From the NCBI GenBank assembly GCA_950097015.1, contig CATNEN010000003.1, positions 12,586,001 through 12,650,000 of the forward strand: a DNA stretch of 64,000 nt, written 5' to 3'. Of this stretch, positions 14,020-25,158 are shown piece by piece. Position 1 is the stretch's first letter; each line of letters begins with the position of its first letter. Both the position numbers and the translations under genes were made by a program. Source of the DNA: Macrostomum hystrix (lineage: Eukaryota; Animalia; Platyhelminthes). The notes below the pieces were generated by a model. That model searched no databases. It worked only from the letters and a program-made list of their open reading frames with translations, and was not told the origin of the DNA.

Positions 14020-14740
14020 CGCATTATCTTTCGCCGCAGCAAATTATCCTTAGCGGCTTCAGTTGCTACTCAGCATTATCCTTAGCTGCTTCAGTTGCTA
14101 ATCCCGCATTATCCTTAGCTGCTTCAGTTGCTAATCCCGCATTATCCTTAGCTGTTTCAGTTGCTAATCCCGCATTATCCTTAGCTGCTTCAGTTGCTAA
14201 TCCCGCATTATCCTTAGCTGTTTCAGTTGCTAATCCCGCATTATCCTTTGCTGATTTAGTTGCTAATCCCGCATTATCCTTAGCGGCTTCAGTTGCTAAT
14301 CCCGCATTATCCTTAGCTGCTTCAGTTGCTAATCCCGCATTATCCTTAGCTGTTTCAGTTGCTAATCCCGCATTATCCTTAGCTGCTTCAGTTGCTAATC
14401 CCGCATTATCCTTTGCTGCTTCAGTTGCTAATCCCGCATTATCCTTTGCTGATTTAATTGCTAATCCCGCATTATCCTTAGCGGCTTCAGTTGCTAATCC
14501 CGCATTATCCTTAGCTGCTTCAGTTGCTAATCCCGCATTATCCTTAGCTGTTTCAGTTGCTAATCCCGCATTATCCTTAGCTGCTTCAGTTGCTAATCCC
14601 GCATTATCCTTTGCTGATTTAGTTGCTAATCCCGCATTATCCTTAGCGGCTTCAGTTGCTAATCCCGCATTATCCTTTGCTGATTTAGTTGCTAATCCTG
14701 CATTATCCTTAGCTGCTTTAGTTGCTAATCCCGCAATTTC
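14020..14740. repeat. 33-bp minisatellite (GCATTATCCTTAGCTGCTTCAGTTGCTAATCCC)n
   Basis: About 21 tandem copies upstream of the ORF at 14993. Confidence 0.97.
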
Positions 14741-14992
14741 CTTCCCTGACGGGTCTACCTCTAGGTATTTTTATCAGAAAGCAACATTCTGTCAAACTTT
14801 CTGCAGTTAGTTATTCAACGAAGATGCTTCCTTGTATTCAATTATCTTCCTCGTGCAGGTTTGCACATAGACAAAAGAATTCCTAAACACTGTAACTGAT
14901 TTCGCTTTCGTCGAAGTGCACAAAAGCCAGATTTTAAGTGAGCGCTTTTAAGCAAAGCACAAATCGTTTACCGATCGTGTCGAGAACAAGCC

Positions 14993-16722
14993 ATGCAAGC
15001 CATGACTAACGACAACGTATTTGAACAGTACCAGAAGTACTTTGATAGTCTAAATTCTCGATATAAGGAGGAGGCTGGCAATCTTGACAATCAGAACCAC
15101 CAACAGCAGCCTGATAACATTATACGTCAACCAGTGCCTCAAAACTTCAACGGTCAGCCGGATGGTGAAACTTCTGGACAGTCTTTGCCACAGCATCCTC
15201 AGCAGCACTATTTCAATGGCAACGCTTCTCAGCAGGTATTGTACTTATGCACATTGTATTTCATAGTGCATTTCACATGTATATAACTTTGGCCGATCGG
15301 TTTTTTACCGACGTTAAACCGACGTTAAAATGTACATACACTGGAGTGGGGTGGCTGCTAGCGGGACGAGTTTTTAATTGGGGTGTGTGACAGGGAATTC
15401 CCAAACCCACCCCAAGTGGACAATTATCATCGGCAATGTATTTTGGTATACTGCATCCATGCATGTATATTTTTAGTTAGCGTCGGGAAAAGTTTACGTC
15501 GGCAATGTATTTCATTTGAGGCCTAAATGTAGGGGTTTTTTGAGAGATGAATCATCATCAGCTTGACTAATTGTCCACTTGGGGTTGGTTTGGGAATTCC
15601 CTGTCACACACCCCAATTAAAATCTCGTCCCGCTAGCAGCCACCCCACTCCAGTGTATGTACATTTTGACGTCGGTAAAAACCGTTCGGCCACAGTTATA
15701 TACATCATTTCACATTTTTTAATCGAAATTTAACAGTTTCCGGACTACATTTACTGCGGACGCAATGATGGTCAAGCTCCAATGATGCCGCCTCCGCCTC
15801 CACAGTCGCATACACCGCAGAATAATAACCAACGGGACAATAAATTGCGCAATAATTATTACACAAATTATGCCCATCCGCTGCAGCAGCATTCTGTGTT
15901 TCGTCCGGACGGTCGATGTCCTTATGAAATGCCGCCCCCGGATGAATGCTCGAAAAAGTCGCCGACATTCTGCTATCCGTATAGCGTCGACGGCTATTCG
16001 GGTAAGATTAATTCTCAGGTTTTATTTGACTATTATTTCACATTTTTAGACTCCTTTAATATCGGCCGTTCATCTATAAAAGCTAAATGGCATTTCTTTA
16101 AAGTGCGTGATGTTTTTGTAACCCCTGGTATGACTACACAAAGCAATACCTGGTAGTTTATAGACTCAGACTTACGACTTGAAAGGTCCGGGGTTCGATT
16201 CACAACTCAGCTAGAACAACATCTGTCCTTTAGCATAACAGAGCCCGGTATTAATTAAGCTGGGGTACTTTAGGGTTGTGTGTAGCGCCCCTCCCAGTCC
16301 ATGGACTGAACTGCCGTACGCCGCCGTACACTGCAGACTGTGTTAATCGCGGTCCATGCGGATGCGGCATCAGCAATAACTACGATCCAAGCAAACTTGG
16401 TCCCGAGTCTCTGCAGCAGAAGCTCGAATCGCGACGACGAAATCAACCTACTAATCCGTGGAGTCAGATTCAGCAACAGCAGCTGCCTTATGGCCAACAG
16501 CAGATGCCATGTGTGCAGTTGCAGATGCCATGTTTGCAGCAGCAGATGCAGCCGCAGATGCAGCAACCGGCATGCCGAGGAAACGACTGTCAAAACGCTT
16601 GGCTCCCGGCTTTCAAGCAGCCCGATTCAAGACCAAACGATCGGCTGCCTTTAAACGTCTATGAGCCATTTATGGTTGGCCCCACAACCTATCAGTATTT
16701 TTACGACGTCAGCCGACAATAA
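14993..16722 (+). CDS. Uncharacterised Gln/Pro/Cys-rich protein, 3 coding exons (~300-320 aa)
   Basis: ATG in GCCATG context. Exons 14993-15235, 15737-16001 and 16274(or 16337)-16722 join in frame with GT-AG introns. AATAAA near 16890. No recognisable domain. Confidence 0.7.
15277..15705. mobile_element. Foldback MITE with ~150-bp TIRs and 8-bp TSD
   Basis: Long inverted arms ATGTATATAAC...CCAAGTGGACAATTA and TAATTGTCCACTTGG...GTTATATACAT; direct repeat CATTTCAC at 15269-15276 and 15706-15713; intronic. Confidence 0.9.
16150..16330 (+). mobile_element. tRNA-derived SINE, family A (degenerate copy)
   Basis: B-box GGTTCGATTC near 16192; body homologous to the reverse complement of 17570-17810 and to ~50195-50250. 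Confidence 0.65.
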
Positions 16723-17564
16723 ATCCGCCTACGATTCACCTCTGCGAGGAACACCGCGTAGCTGTGCAAAAACAGAGCGAGTTTGCTCTTCTAGGTGTGC
16801 ATAATCCAAGATTCGGCTTTCGTCAATCCAGTTTACCCAGAGCATCCAACGTGATCGACTCAGAATGGCGCCTCTCTTTCCGTTTTGCTAATAAAAAACA
16901 AGCACATTCTTTTTAATTATTTTGAGCTGTCAAAAATACACGATTTTCAAGAATTGTTTTAACACTTGTGACAATTTGCAGCTGTTTAGACATTTCCTTG
17001 AAGTTAGCAAATTAAAATTGACTGACTAATAATGTTTCTCATTTTTTGCCTCTTCCTCATTTAGGAAGCAAAATTAGCAGTCGTGTGTTTTAAATGCGTC
17101 TGCACGTTTCCAGACTGCATCAGCTATAAATTTACAGCAATCTGTAGGTTCAAATATTATTTGTAGTGAGTGATATTGTACCGAAAAAAATAATAATATT
17201 TTCGGCAGTAATTTGGTGCTATTGCGAGCTAAGGCACATTTGAATAAATTTGCTGCACAGTGTACATATAATATTTGTTTATTGATTCTAGCATTTTGAA
17301 TTAGCTATATTAGCTAGCAAGCTCCTGTAAGTGTTAGGCAGGCCGTGTTTTAATAATTAGGCAACCCAAACTTTTTCCTAGGTTTGTTTAATTCTGTAGC
17401 AGGACAGTCCTTACGCCTGCGAGCTAAGGGGCAGTGTGATTTGCTAGAGACCGCGATTACAGCAATAGTAACTGATTAGTGTACGCTTATTGGTTCGGCT
17501 TTAAATGGATACAGTAATACATAATATAAAAATATTCCTTTAAATTGATTACACCTGCCCCAAT

Positions 17565-17810
17565 CCGGCCAGATGTGCAGTGAACATCGCAGCCGCAGCT
17601 CTTGCGTGGCGCATCTGAAAGCTGCGTATACGGCTGTTCAGTTCATATGGACTGAGGGACGCCACACCCACCCTCAATTACCCCAATGCTGATGCTGGCA
17701 CCCATTTAACAGCTGGGTGAACTGAAGCAATGCAGAGTTAAGTGTCTTGCTAAATGACACAATTCGTTCCAGTGGAGTCGGGAATCGAACCTCGACCACT
17801 TGGCTACAAA
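17565..17810 (-). mobile_element. tRNA-derived SINE, family A, with CORE-like central domain
   Basis: Minus strand reads GGTTCGATTCCC...GTGTCATTTAGCAAGACACTTAACTC...CACCCAGCTGTTAAATGGG. Further fragments at ~21355-21425 (-) and ~35615-35700 (-). Confidence 0.75.
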
Positions 17811-18940
17811 CTTAAAATTTAATGCATAACCTACGGTATAACAAAGTACAAAAACAGTTAAATACTAAATATGCAATACAACATGTAACAATACAGTTGC
17901 AGTCTTCTTATTAGAATGAAATCGCGAAATAAAAGATAATATATTCAGAATTGCATATAAGTGGCTCTTCTTAAATTTAGCTGAGTTCACTATCATAATA
18001 TTCAATATAGTTAAATAATATCAACAGGTTGGTTGCCTCTGTTATCCCAACGGAGATTGTCCCAATGAAGTTTCAACAACAGTCTACTACGCTGGACGAC
18101 GCCAGTCCAACCAGGTTGATTTTTCCTATCACATTTCAGGGACTAGCTAGCCAATCGGTTTTATTAACAACTTAAAACATTGTCAATAGAGGCTTTTTAA
18201 TTGCTTTTAGTTTTCTACTTTGTTTGCTAGTGTTGTAGGCTAAAATATAAAATTCTGTTTTTTAGACGACTGAGACCTAAAATCTCATTTTAACATATGC
18301 TTGTCTGTAACATAACAAAGACATTTACAACTTGTAGGCCTGATGCTTTTTATTAAATATCTATTTTTATCATGCTTTTTAATATGAATAGTTATTGACT
18401 TATTGCTAGCCTATTTGATTTAGGTTAGCTAGGCATTGCTAAGATGTTGAAAATTAAAGTGTAAAGCCTACAATGTTCACTAAATCTTCAACTTCATATT
18501 CTGACTATCTAGGCCTAGCCTATCTAGTAGGCTTATATGGCTTAATATTTCTTTTTAGACTTTTTGGTCCAAAAAGCTTGGTTAAAAAACTGTCACCTAT
18601 AAGTCATGGCAAAGCTTATTCAAACTGCCCTCAATTAACAATTTTTGTATTTTTTATTTGAAATTATAAAAAAATTGAATTAACCCTTTGGAATGAATAT
18701 ATGCAGATGGAATCCTACATAGGCAAAGATAATCTATTGAGCATTCCAATAGATTTCCCTGTGTAGGGCCTACCTTATAATAGGCCAATATATCAAACTT
18801 TGACTAGGCCTACTCACTTGACAATGTTGACAGGGTCAGAATAAAGATCAGAAAGGGCCTAGGCCTAGATAATGCAAGTCGTGCAACAATGAAGGATCTT
18901 TTTTACTAATATTAGCTTTTTGCCATATATGCAATTAGAG

Positions 18941-19428
18941 GGTCCCAGGTCATTTCGGTGACAAGACATTTTGGTGACAGTCATTTCGGTGACAACTCAA
19001 GTCATTTCAGTGACATAATTAGGCCTAGTCAGATTGGTGACAACTATTTTTGTACCTAAATATGCTAAAAAACGGCCTTCCATTTTAACTATGCACACTT
19101 ATAAAGTATTAATTAAATAATGCTAAAAGTATTAATAAGAAGCTGCATCGCTCTGAATAAGTCTGGGTTTTACTTTAAATGAGTTAAATTATTAAATTAT
19201 TTTATGAGTAGTCAATAGTTTCAATAGTTATTCGTTCCTAATGTGTATAATAATCTTTTTTCAAGTTTTGGATTGACAAGGCGAGTGTAGGCTTTAAGCA
19301 GCTGCTGGATCGTGGAAGGCTGTTTTCTCAGCATATTTAGGTGCAAAAATATTTGTCACCGAACTGACCAATTCTGTCACTGAAATGACTGTCACCGAAA
19401 TGTCTTGTCACCGAAATGACCTGGGACC
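18941..19428. mobile_element. MITE with sub-repeated TIRs and 8-bp TSD
   Basis: Ends GGTCCCAGGTCATTTCGGTGACA and TGTCACCGAAATGACCTGGGACC; tandem GTCATTTCGGTGACA subunits in both arms; TSD AATTAGAG at 18933-18940 and 19429-19436. Confidence 0.92.
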
Positions 19429-19947
19429 AATTAGAGCCAAGAGAACAGAATTCTTGACAAATAATGATATAAACTAAAATGGATGTTAACAATGATACGT
19501 TTAATGTAATTTATTTTATAATCAGATTTAGTAAATGAAAATAAATAATAAAATACGGGGTAGAAAAGTAACTCACTTTAAAGAAAATTATGTGAAACTT
19601 GTAATGTTATATTCAATTTAATGTTTTTGCCACCAGACACTCAGTCCTTCAGTATCAAAGGACTGAATCTAATTTGGGTAAAAATCATTTGTATTGGCTT
19701 GCAGTATTGTGCTAATGTGCCTTGCAAGTTGCAGTCATGTTGTGCTTTTATTGTGCAGATATGTAATGCTGTATGCCAATTTGCACTACAAGAAAGTCAG
19801 TATGTACAGTAATTCTCTAGGCAAACTGCCACCTTCCTTACTGTGGATTATGATATTGATTATTAGCTACTGGCATTGTAAATAAAATAGCTATAATAGA
19901 AAGTATTTCTATATGTATTGAGTAGCATTGCTTGATGCTGATGACAT

Positions 19948-21055
19948 TGTAATAAAATGAATGTCCTAACTAGAGCGTGAGGAATTTAAAGCTAGCGACT
20001 ATTCACTATTCACCGGGGTTGGTGTCCTACCAATCGTTTCAATAGCAGCAGGGAAATCTGGAATTAAATAGCGTTAGAGACTGCAGTAGCGAGCAATGCG
20101 GAATAGATAAGTAATGAGACCCGAGTGTTCCTCCAGCCCAGCGAAACTCCCAATGAAAAGAATAACGCAGTATGAATGCGAAGACTCGAATAATTTGATT
20201 AGGAGTGAGTTAATCGGCTGTGACTAAGATTCCAGATATGAATAGGAATTACTTTGAATATCGTTTACTTGACTTAAAAGTTATACTGACAGAATTAGAT
20301 GTTCACACGGAAATAAATTATAGCACGCTCACAGTGAGAAGCAAGTCTGGTTTAACAATTTGGATATAACAATTTTTACTTAAACTGGCCTACATCCGCA
20401 CCCTACTCTTCCCGAGAGGCTCCGGTTGTCTCTGCTTTCAGCGCTGCCCCGACAGATCCTATCGGTTGGCACTCCTTCTGTCTGACGGCGGAGTCTCCGA
20501 AGAGAGCACGTACTGACTTCGACAACAAGTGCCTATCTAGACCACCCTTGTCAGCGGCGCAGTCTCAAGACGCGTAGCGCCGATAGCTACCTAACTGAAC
20601 AAGTGGAGTGTCGTCGGTCGGGGAGAGACAAAACAAGTGGACTAGTTTGCACGTGCTTCTCACAGTGTGAGGCGGATTGCGGAGAAAAGATAATTTGGAC
20701 TGCAAAAACACGCTTCGTTATATGGAGTCATTTTAACCACAAATTAGGTCGATCGGCGAGGTGGATGCCAGGCTGTAGCTTGAGCCAAGGCGACAAATCG
20801 CAGTAGACTTGCGACCGCCGTTCTGAGCCCCGGGGTCGCTTCTTGCCGAGGGTAGACAGGTAGTGAGGCCGGGTCGCTCGCTGATTGGCCGGGACCGTAG
20901 CCCATGGGTAGCGCTCGCGGGGTGGTGGGCGTCCGTTCCCCCAGCTGGTCCGGCCCGGCTTGGCGTGGGTGAACTCTTAGCAAAATACACGTGTCTAAAA
21001 ATAATTACTGAATAATAACACGGGGAGATAGAAGGGCAAACAAGCTGACACTACA
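19948..21055. mobile_element. Probable solo LTR (gypsy-like, 4-bp TSD)
   Basis: TGTA...TACA termini flanked by ACAT direct repeats (19944-19947, 21056-21059); 1.1-kb block more GC-rich than the AT-rich surroundings; no credible ORF. Confidence 0.55.
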
Positions 21056-21578
21056 ACATTGTGAATATAAACAAGTGGGTGGCAATGACATTTGCATCTA
21101 ATTATTTGTTAAACTTCTTTTCACAGGCGTAATTATTATTTCATATAGATGAATGAACCAGATATCAATTATCAATATTACTGTATTACTTATTACTTTC
21201 TCGCATTGTTTTTTTCTGGCCTTAATTTACAACTAATTGAACACTGAGAGCTCAGGCCTAAGAAGCATTTTATAAGTTTGTGTAATGAGAGAAGTCGATG
21301 GTTTAGATAATAGTTCTAGTTGTGAATTACAAATCAGGCAATAGGTTGCCTGTCACTTAGGTCGAGTCAGGAATCGAACCCACGACCTTTAAGTCATGGG
21401 TCTGACCCCTCTAACCACTAGGTTGAAACCAAAAATGTATAAATTTGTTGTTTAAATCTTTTCTTTTAAACTGAAGTCCGATGTATTAGATTGTCGAATC
21501 AATGCATTCTGTCTTTAAACAAAAAGAAATTTCATAAAAAAAATTCCTCTGCAGCTGATTAGACAGTCAGCATTGAGA

Positions 21579-22798
21579 ATGCCGGCAGCGCGTCCAAATT
21601 GTTGCAGTTTATGGCGCCACGGTTTTCACCTACCCCAGCTCGCGCCAAATTTAATAGTTTTGCGTCGTTGCCTAGCAACTAAGACCCAGGAAGGGCTTTT
21701 AGTTGGCAATGGCGGCGGCTTCTCTTGGCGAACCGCTGTTTTGGAGCCGCACAATCGATGCCCACTCCCGGGCAATGTTGGCATCAGGCAGGAGGACTTT
21801 GAGCAATTCAAATTGGCTGCAGCTGCTGCCGAACGGAGATCAGCAGTGCCACCGTTCATTCTGCCAGCGACTGCCTTGCCGGCTGTCTCAGTGCTGCCGC
21901 CGTGCCAAGATAGCGAGAGATCCAAGACTGTTCAGGAGGCCTTTCATCTGGTTCGTTTTTTAACTCTCTACAGTTTTTCTTTCCTTAATAATCTGCCTAC
22001 CTAAACCCATTAAAGTTCTTAAAAAATCTCTTTGGTTAGATAAATTTCGTGTTTCTAGGATGAATTAATATATATATATACTAGACCCACAGCCAGCGAG
22101 GAGGCAATTCTGCCCATTTCGCTGACTCCTGAGCACACACGCTCACAGATACTGTACCCAGGCACACGATCACACAGGTGTGTACATCTGCCCTGACTTT
22201 CTCATCGTCAGGCGGTGTACACTCTCACTGTGCCTTGGAGGTTGGCCCTCAAGGGCGTAAATTGCACGACAAGCCGCCAAGCCTTCTCTCCGCGGCTGCG
22301 CCCCAAATCTTAAAGACAGTTGAAAATCATAAGGTTACTAGATTGTTTTATTTTTGTAGTTCCCTCAGTAACTCCCATTAAAACTCCCCCCATTTATCTC
22401 CAATCCCGCCAGGTTGAAGAAACCTTTCCGGTTGGCTCTTATCCCAGGGCCGCCGCCGGCCTTGAGTTCTCACTGGCTCCTTGTCCCCAGGTGTTAAAGA
22501 AGCATTTGACTGCGTTGTTTCCTAGACGAAGTCTCGATAGTCTGACAGTCATAACTCTGGCACATCGGGGTGTTCAGCAGCAGCAGCAGCTGCATCAGAG
22601 TCTGCTGGACTCTCTGGTTATGACAGCCAGTGAAATATGTCAGGCCCTGAGGCAGGAAGGCTTCTGGTCCGATTTCATTGATCCGTCGAATGGCAAACCA
22701 TTCCTAGCTGCTACAACTAACAATCAGAACACGAATTTAGATTTTGAAATCACCGATCTGGGACTCTGTACATTGGTCCTGCACAAGCAATCCCAGTT

Positions 22799-22847
<49 letters not shown>

Positions 22848-22952
22848 TCAATCTTCAGCATCGGTAGTCAGGTGTTCACAGACGCGCCACCTGACCATCC
22901 GCTATTGTTGAATCTAATTAAACCGCAGCAAAATCCTTCAAAATCTTCCTGA
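21579..22952 (+). CDS. MMADHC: Cobalamin-trafficking protein CblD homologue, divergent, 2 coding exons
   Basis: Exons 21579-21950 and 22413-22952 in frame. Motifs PLPGNVG, CP..LK..L..LFP, EICQALRQEGFWSDFIDPSNG, DLGLC and GSQVFTDAP match MMADHC motifs ([39 protein letters not shown]). Arg-rich N-terminus resembles a mitochondrial presequence. Confidence 0.88.
22080..22308 (-). mobile_element. SINE family B, 5'-truncated copy in the MMADHC intron
   Basis: Highly similar to 56417-56637 and to 41737-42105. Confidence 0.85.
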
Positions 22953-23219
22953 ACGGTTTTAGACTGCAAAAGACTGATGCTTCAATACACTTGGAATGCC
23001 TTGTTTTCTTTAACTAACTAAATAAATGGTTTCACATAATATGAAGCAATCAGTTTCATTCATGTTTAAGAATTTTCTCTTATCCAGTATTTAACATTTT
23101 TCGTGCTTAAATATTAGTGTCTTTGGTTTGTTAATTGCTATTTTATTCAGAAACCAATATCCTCAAGTCGCTTAGCTTATTTTAATTGAAATTTTCAAAT
23201 AGGTCTAACAGGTTTCACG

Positions 23220-23808
23220 AAGGGGCGAGTGGGTCAGCGGCTAACGTCGCTGCCTCGCACTCCAAAGGACGCTAGTTCGATTCACCCTTCAAGTCACGAT
23301 TAATTTCGGGACTTGTTGGGGGGGTTTGGACAGTAGCGACCGGCGGAGGTGCACCATATTTCGTGCAATCAAAGCTTGAAATAATAGCTTCGCTCCTACC
23401 TTCTGTGTGCCTGTTCTGCGTTGTGTGAGTTGTGTGCGTTGGCGCTGGTGCGTTAGACCTTGCGGGGGGTGGCTGGAGGGCGGGTGTACACCGCCGGGCG
23501 CTCTCTGGAATTCCGTCAGCGCGATTGGATAAGTGTACACTCATCACCCGGCCCCCCCCTGAGGACTGATTTCTTATCAGCCTTCCGCCCCGGCTTGGTC
23601 TGCTCTGTGCGTGTGGGGCGGGGGTGGGGGACACTGCTGCCTATTCTGGGTGCCTCCTGCCCTCCCCGGCTGGTCTGTGCTGCTGTATGTGGTGCCTGCT
23701 CAGGGGAGGCGGCGCGATGGGCGCTAAAGCGCCTAGTTCGCCGGTCTGGGGGCGTGCCGCTCCGTCGCTTGTGCGACAAGTGCCCCGGGCCCCCCTGCAG
23801 ATAGATAG
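23220..23808 (+). mobile_element. Full-length ~590-bp tRNA-headed SINE (family C) with 13-bp TSD
   Basis: TSD AACAGGTTTCACG at 23207-23219 and 23809-23821; A-box-like TGGGTCAGCGG, B-box AGTTCGATTC; GC-rich body; short (ATAG)n tail. Confidence 0.85.
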
Positions 23809-23954
23809 AACAGGTTTCACGTTAACGATGAAATGAAAAATGTACACTTCATCCGTTCAGTCACTTCAAAAGGAAAAAAGTGGCTTAATACACCTTTATA
23901 TGTAGTTGTCTTTTTTCTTTAATATAATAATAAATGAATTTTCCATCAGATATT

Positions 23955-24310
23955 TAAGTGTGGAATTTTCCATTGGAATAATAAACCATTATTAGTTCTG
24001 GAGTTTTCCATTAGAATGTTAACCATTATTAGTTCTGGAATTTTCCATTAGAATGCTAATCATTATTAGTTGTGGAATTTTCCATTAGAATGCTAATCAT
24101 TATTAGTGGTGGAATTTTCCATTAGAATGTTAACCATTATTAGTTCTGGAATTTTCCATTAGAATGCTAACCATTATTAGTTGTGGAATTTTCCATTAGA
24201 ATGTAAGCCATTATTAGTTGTGGAATTTTCCGTTAGAATGTTAGCCATTATTAGTTGTGGAATTTTCTATTGGAATGCTCACAACTATTGGTGATGGAAT
24301 TTTCCATGAT
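23955..24310. repeat. 37-bp minisatellite (TTATTAGTTCTGGAATTTTCCATTAGAATGCTAACCA)n
   Basis: About 9 diverged tandem copies. Confidence 0.9.
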
Positions 24311-24381
24311 GATGGAATGATGGAGGCATATGAAATGGTAAAGTTTTTTGTCAACACAAAAATATGCGCAATAAAATCGTA

Positions 24382-25158
24382 CGAGGGGTGTTGCAAAAGT
24401 TTCCGGACTAATGCTCGTCATGGTGATAATTTTAGCCTGTTTCAGCAAAAAAATGTAAACAGACGAACAGGCGACTGTGTTTTATAATATTATAAAGTTT
24501 CAGAAAGTTTGGAGTTGATGGTCCAAAGTAATAAGCGATTGTACACTAGATTATTATAGTCATGAAATACGATTTCCGAGTTACAGCTACCAATCACTGT
24601 CACTGTCGCTTCTATCGCCGGATGCGTCCACAGGTTGATTGCTGGCTCGCTCCACGTATTCGCCATTTACGGAGATGCATTTTAGGCAGCGCTGAATCAG
24701 CTTGTCGAAGCCAGACTCCCAGAAGCTGGCATCGAACTGACGTAGAGACTTGTTGGCTGCGTCGATGACCTCCTCGCGCGTTGTGAAGATCTCGCCCCGC
24801 ATTGGCATCTTCATTGGGCCAAAGAGGTGGAAATCGGCGACGGCGAGATCGGGACTGTAGGCTGGGTGGTTCAGCAGTCGTTGGAAGCTGGCTTTCCTTA
24901 GACCCGAACTCCGATGGATTCTTCTGTCGACTCATTTTCACTCACTTTTGGTTTGTGAAAAGTCGTGTCAACAGCTTCAAAGGGTTGCAACCTATTTTGG
25001 CCCTCATGTATGCTGTGGTTGACCAAGCTGCATAAAATTTTAGGAAAAGTACGAGTATTTTCTACGGCTGAATACCATAGACATCGATTTTCAGCCAAAT
25101 CAAACACGAATTGTCACCAGGATTAGCATTAGTCCGGAAACTTTTGCAACACCCCTCG
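24382..25158 (-). mobile_element. Internally deleted mariner (DD34D) transposon
   Basis: Perfect ~34-bp TIRs CGAGGGGTGTTGCAAAAGTTTCCGGACTAATGCT with TA TSD. Minus strand keeps the transposase C-terminus LLNHPAYSPDLAVADFHLFGPMK...RCLKCISVNGEYVE. Confidence 0.93.

Noticed and set aside
22080-22130. HDV-ribozyme-like motifs on the minus strand of SINE B (GCCTCCTCGCTGG, GCGAAATGGG)
   Set aside because: The motif order is reversed relative to HDV, and the segment folds more simply as a hairpin (AGTCAGCGA/TCGCTGGCT); the 56417 copy reads CTCTTCGC at the same place.
22178-22225. CTGACGA...GAAA hammerhead-like core on the minus strand of SINE B
   Set aside because: No stem II and no stem III or NUH site; it is part of a plain hairpin CCTGAC/GTCAGG.
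23220-23290. tRNA genes at SINE heads (also 16150, 21360, 35650, 56640)
   Set aside because: A/B boxes are present but there is no complete cloverleaf or acceptor stem; they are attached to SINE bodies.
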